From: Eledone cirrhosa
Taxonomy: Eukaryota
NCBI GenBank assembly: GCA_964016885.1
Contig: OZ024740.1
Coordinates: 389,360,001 to 389,424,000 of the forward strand
Direction: 5' to 3'
Length of the DNA: 64,000 bases
Shown here: piece after piece, positions 11,858 to 24,503 of the stretch
Layout of the letters: every line of letters begins with the position of its first letter
Numbering within the stretch: position 1 is the first letter of the stretch
Translations under genes and position numbers: made by a program
Notes under the pieces: model-generated
Told to the model about the DNA's origin: nothing
Seen by the model: the letters and a program-made list of their open reading frames with translations, nothing else
The model's database searches: none

Positions 11858-12608
11858 AATAATAATGAAATTATTGTGTAAAGTGCTCAGGTGCACTACA
11901 ACTCATCAAAGGTGTATGTATAGTACATAGAATAATATACAAATGTCAGGGAAGTGAATAGTGTATGAGTCATGTGTATGGAGAAGGAATATTAGGCGTA
12001 GTGTTGGCGAATCTCAGAAAGCATGGAGGTTTTAAAGGATGCAGTGTCTCGGCAGTTAACAACTGGTGCAGGTAGTTTGTTCCATGCTTCAGCAACTCTG
12101 AACGTGAAAATATGTTTCCGAAAGTCATGGGAACTGTGCTGTTTTCTGACTTTGTGGGCATGTTCATGTGTGTTAGACACATGGAAATCAAAAAGGTACT
12201 CAGGGTTGTTGTTGGCAAGATGGTTAATGATTTTATGGGTGTTTACCAAGTCAGTTGCCAGATGTCGGAGCTTCAATGTATCCATGCCCAGGGAAGCACA
12301 GTGTTCAGAGTATGGTAGATGCCTGATGGAAGGTATTCACTTGGTTGCACGTCTCTGAACAGTTTCCAGGTGGTCAATGTTCTGAGCAAGATAGGGGTTC
12401 CAGACTGGTGATGCAAATTCTAAGTGTGGCCGCATCATAGCTATATACAGCTTTAAATAGATATCTGGAGAGCGGCTGACAAAGGTCTTGCTGAGTGATA
12501 CTAAGACACCCTCGGCCTTCTTGACAATTTTAGAGACGTGCTTCGTCCAACGCAAATTGCTGCTGATCGTAATGCCCAGGTCACGTTCACAAGAAGACTT
12601 CTTGATAT
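11858..12608 (-). mobile_element. CR1-clade LINE 3' fragment nested in the PLE endonuclease
   Basis: Same family as 24504-26942 (RPHLEFASPVW...QRRATK...RVAEAWNKLP); (ATT)n tail. Confidence 0.9.
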
Positions 12609-13334
12609 GGAGCTATTCCATATTTTAAGGTACGATAAGATTCTACTTAACAGCAAAATAGAAAGATCAATTTTCTGTAGGCATAAAATAGCTACCAAGT
12701 TCACAAATTTCAAACCACCGTGATTCGAACCAGCAATCCCAAAATTAGAACTGAACCACCTGGATTTTAACATATCCAATACATACCATCACACTGTTAT
12801 TAGCTGTCAATCGGCCAACTGGTCACTAGATCATAAATCTCTTAACATCTCTTTCACCCTCTCTCCCTGAAAAACCATCAACCCCACTAATACAAGACAA
12901 TCATCAAAACATCTACCACACACATTTGTCAAACCTCCCTTCACCATCCACCCTTAGCCAGTAAATCTCATACTAGTATCTCCCAATTAATCTCTAATTT
13001 ATTGCTTTTTCTTTTCTTTCTACACCAGACTCTCTACATGTATCTCTGTATGTTTCAAATATAACTTTTTATGTTAGCACTAAACCCACCACAGAATCCT
13101 TATACGAACACTTACTTACAACCACCACTATCATAGTCTGTACTTACATGCCCTCACTTATCCTTATTTCTTTATTTCTTACTTTATACTGTATTTTTTT
13201 TTTCTTATCTTTTACTTTTTACTTTTTACATCTGTAACTTCTCTACCTATTTATCATATATATTTTATTATTGATGTTATTGTTTTGATTATATGCTATT
13301 TCTCTATATAACTTGCCTTGAGCGAATTATTTTT

Positions 13335-13445
13335 GTATTCTGATGTGTTGGCCAGAGGTAAATAATGTAATGGAGATCGAGTGACGCAACTTCCAGCGAT
13401 TAGCGACTTCTAGACTCACCTGATCAATGAAACAAGTGTCAATAC
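13335..13445 (+). ncRNA. Type-I hammerhead ribozyme candidate, variant core CUGAUGU, long stem II (mirror copy at 10746-10859 on -)
   Basis: Stem I GTATT/AATAC; core CTGATGT; stem II GTTGGCCAG/CTGATCAAT; GAAA; stem III ACAAGTGT (palindromic ACAATTGT in the mirror copy); GUC triplet. Confidence 0.55.
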
Positions 13446-13706
13446 CTGAAATAAAGCCCCTTATTGTACAGCCAACCATGTTACTCTTCATTCTTTCACT
13501 ATTATTACTCCAAGTATAACCTACATAGGAATTACTGCGACCTCGCTGCCTAACTATGGAAACATCTTGTTGAGTTAAACAAAGCTGTACGTTAAAACTA
13601 TCCACGACGCAGAGTACTCACAACCTCTAACTGGATTACCTATAACGATAACTTGTTATCCCATATATATATATGTATATATGTATGTATATACATATAT
13701 AATGAT

Positions 13707-14260
13707 ATGTGCAGGGCGATAAAAATAGACGGTAGCCACGGAGTAGGCAAACCCAGAAAAACCTGGGACGACTTGATAAATTCCGACCTCACACACTTAC
13801 ACCTCTCCAAGACAATGTCACTGGACCGAGATCTTTGGCGCTACACAGTCATACAGAAGACCCACCTTGCCTAAGTACAAAGTGAAACCTACAGTCAGTA
13901 GGCACCTCTAACAAAATACACCCCCGTCCCACTACCCCCACCCCATCCACACCACCCCCTTAAATGTGAAGTTATGTTGGTACCACAACATCCAGTCCGA
14001 AACAAATGAGGTCGTGTAGGTGTCACGACAAAAAAAACACACGGTCCACGCTGTAATGTGGCCGTGTAGGTAACACGGTAAAAACCTCCCAGTCCACACT
14101 GTAAACGTGGTTGGTGTTAGGAAGGGCATCCAACCGTAGAAAACCCGCCAGACAGTCCTATACGAGCAGGACAACAAATCTTGCCTCAAGTGGGAAAACT
14201 CCCGTCCAAACCCATGCAAGCGTGGAAGGTGGACGTTAAACGATGATGATGATGATGATG
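13707..14260 (+). mobile_element. RTE LINE 3' fragment (family A)
   Basis: CRAIKIDGSHGVGKPRKTWDD...; reverse complement of 8140-8670; (GAT)n tail. Confidence 0.9.
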
Positions 14261-14438
14261 AATGAAATTATTGTGTAAAGTGCTCAGGTGCACTACAACT
14301 CGTCAAAGGTGCATGTATAGTACATAGAATAATACACAAATGTCAGGGAAGTGAATAGTGTATGAGTCATGATATACATGTGTGTATGTGTATGGAGGGG
14401 GAACATTAGGTGTAGTGTTGGCGAATCTCGGGAAGCAT
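14261..14438 (-). mobile_element. CR1 3' UTR fragment
   Basis: Near-identical to 24510-24690. Confidence 0.85.
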
Positions 14439-14754
14439 GTATATATATACATATATATATATATATCATTATCATCATCATTTCATTTTACGTCCGCTTT
14501 TTCCCTGCTTGCAAGGGTTGGACGGGAACTGATTCTGGCTTGATTTCTACAGCTGGATGCCCTTCCTAACACCAACCTCATTTACAGTGAGTGCTGGGTG
14601 CTTTTTTGTCATGGCACCTCCATGACCACTTTGCAGTGGAATGATATGGATCCCAGTCCCTATCATCTCATTTCTACAGCTGAGTAAACTGGAACAATGT
14701 GAAATAAAGTGTCTTGCTCAAGGAAACAACACATCACCCGGTCTGAGAATATAT

Positions 14755-15225
14755 CATCATCATCATCACCGTTTACGTCCATTGTTCCACGCTAGCATGG
14801 GTTAGATGGGTTGTCCTGTTGTGGCAATGCCAGGTCAGGTGACCATGTCTTGCTCATACAGAACTGATTTTGGCTTGATTTCTACAGCTGGATGTCCTTC
14901 CTAACGCCAGCCTCATTTATAGTGAGTACTGGGTGCTTTTTTACCGTGGCGCCTATACAACCACCTTACAGTGTCAACTGGGTGATTTTTTGTCGTCACA
15001 CCTACACGACCACTTTACAGTGGGAGGGGCAGGTGGCATACTGTCTATATGCTTCAGCTTCGGCTTGTACCCGTGGGAAGTCGGGTCTTCTTTATTACTG
15101 CATAACGCCAGAGGTCTTGGTCTAGTGTCATCGCTTTTGAGAAGTACAATTGGACAAGGTCAGCTTTTATCACCTCTTCCCAGGTCTTCTTGCATCTCTC
15201 CACTCCATGGCTTCCATCAACTATA
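14755..15225 (-). mobile_element. RTE LINE 3' fragment (family A variant); a shorter tail fragment lies at 14466-14640
   Basis: DGSHGVERCKKTWEEVIKADL...; (GAT)n tail. Confidence 0.8.
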
Positions 15226-15559
15226 TATATAATATGCATAAGAGAATAGTGATGATATATATACACAGTTTATTAAAAGTCTAAATGGAAAAAGAAACAA
15301 AAGAAACAGTTAAGTTTGTTGAAAGTTTTTTTTGATCCTCTAAATAATCATTTATAACATGAAGCTGCAATTACTGTAAAGAAATAATAGACTATGTATC
15401 AACTGCTGTTGTGGCTTTAGTATAAAATTAGCACTTCCTATGGGGAGGTCAAAATGGATTACAGTTCATGCACTTATCTATTTTCAGAAACCACACTCTT
15501 CAAACAACACACTTCACATATTCAAATACATATACACATGCATGCCCACATACATATAT

Positions 15560-15568
15560 GCACACACG

Positions 15569-15652
<84 letters not shown>
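15560..15652. repeat. (CA)n microsatellite
   Basis: Directly visible. Confidence 0.95.
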
Positions 15653-15654
<2 letters not shown>

Positions 15655-15721
15655 CATTGCAATTTAAAAATGATCAAATTGGTAACCATATATTCACCAA
15701 GCTACACTACATGCAAGAGAA

Positions 15722-15902
15722 CCCATATTTGGTTGCTCAACTTGTTAGAAATAGCAGCCAAATCTCCCTCAAATCACAACCTATGGTCATAAATAAAATA
15801 ATGTAGTCCTACACACACCTAAAAGGATGGGATCATTATAGCTGGAATGGTTTTGGTCATAGGTTTACTCAATTAGGGCTGACCTAGGGTTAAACAACAA
15901 TA
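15722..15902 (+). mobile_element. Old SINE-like dispersed repeat (family S2)
   Basis: TAGAAATAGCAGCCAAATCTCCCTCAAATCACA...TGGAATG..TTTG.TCATAGG...GGGCTGACCT.GGG.TAAACAACAA. Diverged copies near 15940-16250, 31900-32060, 34250-34400, 39020-39200, 41170-41345(-), 50740-50915 and 56270-56405(-). Confidence 0.6.
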
Positions 15903-16013
15903 ATATTAACTTCATATCAATAAAGGAGTTTGTATGCAACCACAAACTGCTAAAAATACCTTTTATTTACTATCTTTAAAAAATGGATGTCACATTAAAT
16001 TATGTAGTCCGAA

Positions 16014-16142
16014 CAGTGCCAGATTTACCATTGTGCTTAGGTGTGCTTAAGCACAGGGCCCTGTGCTTAAGCAGGGGGTGGTGGAGCATCTTCCTGCCAA
16101 AAATGTTGTTACCTCTTTCAGAGCCCAAGTAAGGGGGCACTG
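16014..16142. mobile_element. hAT-like MITE inserted in an S2 repeat
   Basis: CAGTGCC...GGCACTG termini; partial TSD AGTCCgaa/AGTCCatg. Confidence 0.5.
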
Positions 16143-16395
16143 AGTCCATGATACCTCTAAAATGATGGTGTAGTCACAACTGGAATGCTTTTGATCATAG
16201 TTTTACTTAATCAGAACTTAATTGGGACTAAGCAATTCAGTAATAACAACACTTTCCAACTACTTGTTGTCCATGGGGTTGCTAGATTAGGCTACAAGTA
16301 ACAGGTTTAAAATAATATACTGGAAGAGAGAAAAATATCCATGCTAGTGTGGAAAAATGGATGTAAAACAGTGATGATGATGATATATGTATATA

Positions 16396-16600
16396 TCATC
16401 ATCATCATTTTACATCTGCTTTTCCCTGCTTGTGAGGGTAGGATGGGTCCTCTTCAGCACAATATGTCTACATTCGTTATGGTCCTTCTTCATCTCCTCT
16501 GTGAGCTTCAGAAATCTGAGGTCAGCTCTCACCATTTCCATCCATGTTTTCTGTGGTCTTCCTCTATTGCATCTTCATTCCACTGGGATTACTTGGCATT
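16396..16600 (-). mobile_element. RTE LINE 3' fragment (family B)
   Basis: Reverse-complement similarity to 5800-6010. Confidence 0.7.
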
Positions 16601-16627
16601 ATATATACATATAATACATTATATATA

Positions 16628-17235
16628 CATGTAATAGTAATATACGCGAACAGCAAAGCATAAATGAATTGAGCATAAGAGGAATCAAATGCTGTGTGCA
16701 GGAGAGGTGGTTGCGTTGGTATGGACAGGTGATGCATAAGAAGGATGATAGCTGCATAAAAAGGTGCAGAGCACTAGAAGTCAATGGAAACCGCGGAGTG
16801 GGGAGACCCAAGAAGACCTGGGATGAGGTGATAAAAGCCGACCTTACCCAATTACACCTCTCAAAGGCGATGACACACGACCGTGACCTCTGGCGTCACG
16901 CAGTAATAAAGAAGACCCGACCTCCCATGGGTACAAGCTGAAGCATATAGACAATATGTTCCCACTGCAAAGTGGTCGTGGAGGTGCCACGGCAAAAATG
17001 CACCCAGCCTACAATGTAAAGTGGATGTGTAGGCGCCACGGAAAAAAGCGCCCAGCACTCACTGTAAATGAGGTTGGTGTTAGGAAGGGCATCCAGCTGT
17101 AGAAACCAAGCCAAAATAAGTTCCTGTATGAGCAAGGCATGGTCAGCCAACCAGACACTGCCCACAACAGGACAACCCGTCTAACCCAGGCTAGCATGGA
17201 AGAACGGACGTAAAACAGTGATGATGATGATGATA
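16628..17235 (+). mobile_element. RTE LINE 3' fragment (family A variant)
   Basis: ORF 16669-16941 RLRWYGQVMHKKDD...GRPKKTWDE; (GAT)n tail. Confidence 0.85.
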
Positions 17236-17289
17236 TATATATATATAATGAAAAATGGATATAGAAGAAGATTTTACACCCCTGGCAAG

Positions 17290-17620
17290 GTAGTTTATCT
17301 CATCTGTACCTCACATACACACACATGGACAAGATGATAAAAGCATTGCCACTGAAAACAACCAGTGACACATGTTGCATCAACTATTTCACCTCAAAGG
17401 GTTTCTTCCTCATGCAGGATGCACTCCTCTTGATTTTGCAGAGGAAAATGGCAATCCAAGAACCCAGAATTATGGAAGACCTGATGGCAACCAGCAGAAA
17501 AAGGAAGTGATCAGTCAAGTCCCAGTATTCAAATATCTTCTGCCCCTCTGTGTTATGTGTGGCAGTGGCTGAAGTGACAAGGTTGAAGCTGGAAAATGTA
17601 ATGTCCTAGACTAGAGATTA
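17290..17620 (-). mobile_element. Degenerate CRE-like retrotransposon 3' fragment
   Basis: Shares GATTTTGCAGAGGAAAA...GGCAAC...AAAAGGAAGT with 36130-36220; minus frame resembles the F.PVA.ET.G..G..FL motif. Confidence 0.4.
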
Positions 17621-20600
17621 ACTACCCGTGAATGGGAAAAGGATTATCCCATCTAGGAATATTTGGATAAGCTTTCTATGTCATTTACTTCTCTTTACAA
17701 CATTTGAACTTGTTCAATTTTGTAAATTATTTTTACAAGAACAGACCATCTCTATTTCCTCAAACCCTTGTTTGTTTCTATGCAGTAAAATCTTGTATGA
17801 CTTATTTTAGACACTCAATTTCGTATGATCTGATTAAACAGTCTCGTTTCAGGTTTTATCAGTTAATCTTTGAATGCTGCTAGCATGAAATATTTTAACA
17901 CTAACTTAACTATTACCTCACAAAACAGTGTTACTCATAACTAGCTATATCAGCACACAGCCATATTATATGCACATAACAACAGACACTGCCTTTTGTG
18001 TAAATTTTTTTCTGAAAGCCCAATCTCTTGACCCTACTTTTTACACAGAACAATGACCTAATATTTAGAAAAAAAAGAGTGTCTAGCTTCATAAATTATG
18101 CAGCTTTTATTCAACCTAATGTGAAAAACAATCGTTGACTTTGGAATCTTGATTCAAGAATAAAACAATGATTACTGCCATGAATTTAGAAAACTAGAAC
18201 TATCTATCTTATAAGCAAGAAAATAATTCATTAGAATGAAATAATCACCAATATAAGAAAGGGTTTATAGCTTAAACCATTTTACAATGATTTTATTAGC
18301 ATTTTATTTTATAATCTTGCAAAAGTTTTATCTATTTCACAAACTTTCTTTGTAATAACAGGATTTCATGGCCTTTGTGTGTTATTTAACACATACTTTT
18401 TAGATCACAAACATCGCCGTGTGGTTAAGAAGTTTTCTCTACTGTTACTTTGGGTCACCCAAAGACATGTGACAGTTGACAGAAACTGTGAAATTACATC
18501 AGAAGAACAGTTCCTATTTTTGGTTGATTTGTCACCAGTTTAACACCAATACTTGATTCTGTTGCAAGTAGTCAGACTTCCCTTCCAATCATCAAAACTC
18601 TAAAAATCCTGAGACAAGTGTGTGTATTTTGAACAATTATTTTAGCTTATAACTCTGCAGTTATGAATATTTATGAATCAAACTCTTTGCAATCAGTAGA
18701 TATTGAATATCTTTTCTTTGATTAAAGAACATGAGTACCCAGAAAAAAAAAACTTACTATAAATCTGTTGTAAAAGTCAAGAAAGATAGATTATAAGACT
18801 TCACTTCTATATGATTTGGTCCATCATTTGAACTGTTTGCATTGCATTTTGCTGATACTCAACACAAGTTTCCTTGGACTCTAATGTTTTACTATATATT
18901 AGTGGTAACTATGTATGTTCTGAGTTTAATTCTGACCATGGTCAACTTTATCTTTCATACTTTTGTGAGCAAAGGTTGATTTTATAAGTACCATCATGTA
19001 CCCAGATTACTATAATCAACTGTTTCCTCCTGTCACAATTTCTGGCCTTGTCCCTATGAAAGTAATCATATATTATAATGGTATTCCAATTTCCTTTTCC
19101 AAAGAAGGAATGAAATTTAAAGGTTAGGGTGGGATATGTATAAAAGGAACACTTTTGAAATAGCATTACTTACATAAATGAAGTGAAATGGTGCTAAAAT
19201 CAAGCTTACTTTCTATGGATAATTCTCATCACAAGAAAACTATCTGTATGCTTTCAGTTAATCAATCTCAGTTAATCCTCTCACAAATCCTAAATATTCA
19301 CAAGGCTTGGGCTTAACTTCAACTTCTACAGCATTAAAGTATATGCCAAAACCTTTACTTGGCTAGCTTGTTAATTTATCATAAATGTTTCACATAAATT
19401 CTAATACTTAATCTCCATACAGAAAAAAAAATTAAACAGTCACAACAAAATGCTTGCAGTAGAATGTGGCTATCTCACTAACCCCAAAACTGATAACTTA
19501 CCTACTCTGTAATCTCAGAGCTGCAGATTCTCATCAAATAGGTATTCTTCAGTAGGAATTTTATTGAGAGATGTCTGGCTGCGATATTGAAAAAGTTTAA
19601 TGATTACATCAAAGTTCATTTGTAAGTTCATTCATTCTCCTCTCAAGTTTTTTTTTATTTTAAACATGTCAATCTACCTACCTGTTACCTTATACAAGAT
19701 GAGAGAATACAATAGAAAATGAGATTGTACATACCTCATGACTATCGTACTTTTTTAGAACTCTGAACAAATGATCATATTCTTAAATGTTTTTTTGCCT
19801 CATTTGCATAAATGTTTTGTTGTTGTTGTTGTCACCCCACAATCCTCTTCACTGACATCACCACCATTGCCACCAATACCAATTGTTTTTTTTTTGTGTG
19901 TTTTTTTTCTTGATTCACAAAAAGAATTTAACTCAGAACTTAGACAAAACTAAATGCTGTAAAAGATTTTCTCCAAAGCTCTACCATTTCAAAAATCTTC
20001 ATCCAACTAATTATAATAACAACCTCTTACCTAGACACAGGAATAATATTATAGGGAATATATTTGATCAATTTAACTTCAGTATATTACTGGTATTTCT
20101 TTTTCCTTCCCTGAAAGGAAGAAAGACACATTCTACTTTGGTAGAATGCACAGTGGCAAAACTAAGTATTATAAGCTATATTTCTACCACTCAACTAATT
20201 TTTATTGTTTATAAAATTGGCATAAGGCCACAAATTTAAGGGGAAGTAGTTGATCCTTTAAATTGATACCAGTACTTGGCTGGTATTTTATTTTATCAAC
20301 CCCAGAAGAATGAAGAGTATTTGCCAAAACTTTTACTCATCTAGCATAATTCCCCATTCAGAAAATAAAAAAATTAAATAGTTACAACAAAATTCTTACA
20401 ATAGAATATGCATTTCCCATTAACCCAAAAGGTAATGTACAACTGATTAGGGATCAAATTAACCAAGATGAAATGCCGTTTGGATTTGTGCCAGGAAAAA
20501 GTACCATGGATGCCCTCTCCCTTGCGAGACAACTGCAGGAAAAGTATCTAGCTAAAAGCAAATGCCTCTACTTAGCTCGACCCTCACAGGAATAAGTGGG

Positions 20601-21692
20601 TGAAGAAGAACAAAAAAAGAAATGATAACAGAATTGTAAGACTTCCATCAACTATATAGGATAATGGATTGGCAGAATCACTAGAGCAGCAAACAAAATA
20701 ACTTGTAGTAATTAGTTTTGTCTCTTTATATTCTGAGTTCAAATGTCACCGAAATCAACTTTGCCGTTCTTTCTTCTGGGATCGATAAAATAAAGTACCA
20801 GTCAAGTCTATTCTCTTCTCCAAAATGTGTGGCTTTGTGCTAATTTTAAAAATCAATTATATCTCTGAATGATAACCACAGCACTAGGTTACATAGATGT
20901 ACTATATATATTTTAGTTATAATTATTGATTTCTATTAGTCCAGAAGATATGAAACGAAAGTTAACACTTGTGTGTGTTGAACTCAGAACATATATTAAA
21001 TTAGAATATAATGTCTTGAAATATGTAGTTACTGTTTAGTCCCAATTCAACTGATTGAGCAGGGCTGCATTATTTGCCATGTGACCTGCACTTACAGATA
21101 TTGAAAAAAATTCTTTTCATTGATTATTTTTCTGTCTGTTTTGTCTGTACTATTTGTAATGTACTCATAAGTATTTAAACACTAACTGAATACGTTCTTT
21201 ATCGAATGTTTGTTTGTCCGCCTGTTCATCATTTCGTGTTATAATAAGAAAATGAGGGGCCACACGCAAAATAGAGAGGGCGTTTTTCCGGAGGATGGTG
21301 AGGGAGAAGCGTTGGAAGAGCTATTTCAGCTCACGGGTAGCCAACTCCGCGTCGATGGTGGGGAGTAGGGATGTGGTTCTAGGGTCAAGGACACCAGAAG
21401 TCTCCAATGTAACTATTGTTGACATGCCTTAAAGAATGAAGTTAAATCCGGAGTTTAAATCCTGTCGAATCTGGCTGTTTTTTACTCCTCTAGAACATAT
21501 AAAATAAGTATCTCTAATATTGGAAGTGTTCTATTAAAAATTATGATCTTCTGTCAGTGGAAGAGATTATTTTAAATGTAATCAATTCCGACCCCTCACA
21601 CCCACTTTGACCCCTCCAAGTCTGCTCACTCAATTCGTGACAATTTTGAAATTCTTTAGACTGGAAAATTTGTCCTTGAGAATAAAAAAATA

Positions 21693-21872
21693 ATTGTTTC
21701 TACTTTTGGCACAAGGCCAGCAATTATTCCAGTGCATTACTGGTACTTTATTTTATCGACCCCGTAAAGATGAAAGGCAAAGTTAACCTCGGCAGGATTT
21801 GAACTCAGATCAGAAAGGAGCGTAACTCTGTGCTGCAAAGCATGTTGTCCGACCCTCTACCGATACTGCCAA
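21693..21872 (-). mobile_element. tRNA-derived SINE (family S1)
   Basis: Reverse complement of the S1 consensus, including the box A- and box B-like motifs. Confidence 0.85.
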
Positions 21873-22379
21873 ACCACAATGTTTCTGATAAGGTAAGGGA
21901 GATAACGCACGATAACTTTAAATTTCAATATGGCTATTTACATAATACCATGTGTTTTATCGCGCTGTATTATAAACAAACACCAACTCAGAGCTGTCCG
22001 TGCAACTTTTCGAAAGTTTTCGCTTTGTAGCAGTCATGTAAGCCTGAAATATTCATTAAAATTAATTGTGTGTAATTGTGTTTATTTTATATTAATCAAT
22101 CAAGAATTACCTAGACGTTATAGTTCCACGGACGAAAGAGTCATTACATATATAGCTACACAATTTAAGAGGCTAGGGGTCTGTCTCAGCAAAAGCGATG
22201 TTTTAGGATTCTATTGTTGATAAACAAGATATAAATCATAGTTTTTAAGAAGCTATACAACAAGAAATAGAAATTTGTTAAAAAAACAAAAAAAGGCCGT
22301 TAAATCAAAGACTCTATTATAATTCCATTTACATGAAGGATGCTTTATTTATTTTTGTTATTTTTTAAAGCCAAATTTT

Positions 22380-22645
22380 ATTCACAGTTGTATAAATAGC
22401 ATTACAAGTTGTTCACATTCTTTCAGAATGAAAAGATAAACACATAATAAATACAATTAACTATTGCTCGAAACCTCTAAAATATACGACCAGAGCGATA
22501 GAAAGAAAAAAAAGGGGTAGGGGGGACAAAACCGTCCATCAATTCACCACCGAGTGCGACTATCAGCCGCACATCACAAGGGTCAATTGAATATTTTGAA
22601 GCAAGCCAATTAGCTCGCAGCGCTACCACGGGTGATGGCGAGGCT
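22380..22645 (-). mobile_element. CRE-like retrotransposon 3' end
   Basis: Reverse complement of 46350-46610; shared peptide WLASKYSIDP. Confidence 0.75.
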
Positions 22646-22696
22646 ATTGGATGCTTTATTGGAATTCGAAATTGATATAAGTATTTGACTGGTATT

Positions 22697-22917
22697 CTTA
22701 CGGGATCGATAAAATAAAGTACCAGTAATATTTGCTGGCCTTGTGCCAAAAAAGTAGAAACAATTATATTGGCAGGGCTGTGTATTGGCAGTATCGGTAG
22801 AGAGTCGGACGCCATGCTTTCCAGCGTATTTACGTCCCTTTACGGTCTGAGTTCAGATCCCGCCTTTCATCCCGCATTAACTTTGCCTTTCATCCTTACG
22901 GGGTCGATCAAATAAAA
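22697..22917 (+). mobile_element. Two head-to-tail S1 SINE fragments (3' half followed by 5' half)
   Basis: Core plus tail at 22697-22768; head through core at 22776-22917. Confidence 0.75.
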
Positions 22918-23215
22918 TTATATTTAATCGACTACAGGAAGATGAAAAGGGCCGTAACTACAGGGGTTTGGATCATTAACGTTTCTGCTCATATATTGAC
23001 GAATATTGGGAAAACATTAAATTTAAAACATCTTTCAATTATAATTAAAATCATCAAAGAGTCAGTCTTTTCAATATTTATTTAATAACAGCCGTTAAAA
23101 AGGGTAAAATAAAGACGAGCCTCTACGTATGAGAGGAGGAGGGCGGTATTGAAATGGTCCCTGCTATATAACCATAACTGGACCCCAAGTATGAAATTCT
23201 AATTATACTATATAT

Positions 23216-23765
23216 ATCATCATCATCGTTTAACGTCCATCTGCCACGCTTGCATGGGTTTGGACGGGAGTTTTCCCATTTGAGGCAAGAGTGGTTGTCT
23301 TGCTCGCATAGGACTGTCTGACGGGTTTTTTACGGCTGGATGCCCTTCCTAACACCAACCACGTTTACAGTGTGGACTGGGAGGTTTTTACCGTGTTACC
23401 TACACGGCCACATTACACCGTGGACTGTGTGTTTTTTTGCCATGACACCTACACGTCTGGCGGGTTTTCTACGGCTGGATGCCCTTTCTAACACCAACCA
23501 CGTTTAGAGTGTGAACTGGGAGGTTTTTACCGTGTTACCTACACGGCCACATTACAGCGTGGACTGTGTCTTTTTGTTGTGACACCTACACGACCTCATT
23601 TATTTAGGACTGGATGTTGTGGTACCAACATAGCTTTACATCGAAAGGGGTGGTGTAGATGGCGGTGGGGGTAGGGTTAGTGGGACGGGGGTGAATTTTG
23701 GTTAAGAGGTGCCTACTGACTGTAGGTTTCGCTTTGTACTTAGGCAAGGCAGGTCTTCTGTATTA
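23216..23765 (-). mobile_element. RTE family A 3' UTR with an internal tandem duplication of about 140 bp
   Basis: Matches 8140-8530; the segment at about 23316-23455 is repeated at about 23456-23590. Confidence 0.85.
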
Positions 23766-24503
23766 TATATCATATATATATATTTATCAGAAACTAATTA
23801 GAGTTAGGGGATTTATAGCTGTTTTCTAGAGAGTGGCATTTAGAGAGCTTCACAAACACCCTTTAGTTTTGTATTATTTTTGCTTTATTTATTTTTAGAG
23901 CAATGGACTGTTTATCTAAAATTAATGGTAATATAGTTAACAAGTTTAAATTAAGGTGTTCTTTAACAATATAATTTCTACAGTTTATAATGATATACTT
24001 AATATTGTATTGTGTGAAGGTAATTCATCAAATGTATAAAACAATTTATTCAGTAGTGTCTAATTGAGATTTCATTTACATTAGTAGAATTGTAAAATGA
24101 TTGTGAATGTTGTAGTCTGTTCATTACTTAATTTCGTTTTTATCCTTTTTTTTTTTTTTTTCATATTTCCATCAATATTTGTAATGCTTGTTTTTTTATA
24201 CAACTGTGAATAAAAACACTTCTTTCTTAACTAAACATAAATACAGAGATAAGAAAGGGTTAAGAACTCCCAGGTAAAAAAAAATAAATTGAATTATTAC
24301 TACTCAGAAAAATTTGGAACAGTATTCTTTTTTTTATGATGTTTCTATTCACCTTTTTAAGAAGTAGCCTTCCACTACTATTATCATCAGTTTGGGAGGG
24401 AGAGATGAATGAACCTTGAGGAATTGTTAAATAACAATGAAATTAGTGGGTTCAATCCTTATCTGAAACTTCTGTAAAAACCCTCCTGGGCCTAATTTCA
24501 CAG

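Larger units (their letters stand above)
10691..13662 (+). mobile_element. Penelope-like element, 5'-truncated, with inverted pseudo-LTR; interrupted by CR1
   Basis: RKYLWFNPIF...LIDKHFPK...IFNRKTIKLSYS at about 11130-11280. Cys-rich linker and GIY-YIG (VYLCTV...YIGS...FKKRWYVH) at 11510-11823, resuming DMELFHIL..LLNSKIE..CRHK at 12604-12723. About 200-bp inverted repeat at 10691-10890 / 13303-13500; (TA)n flanks. Confidence 0.85.
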
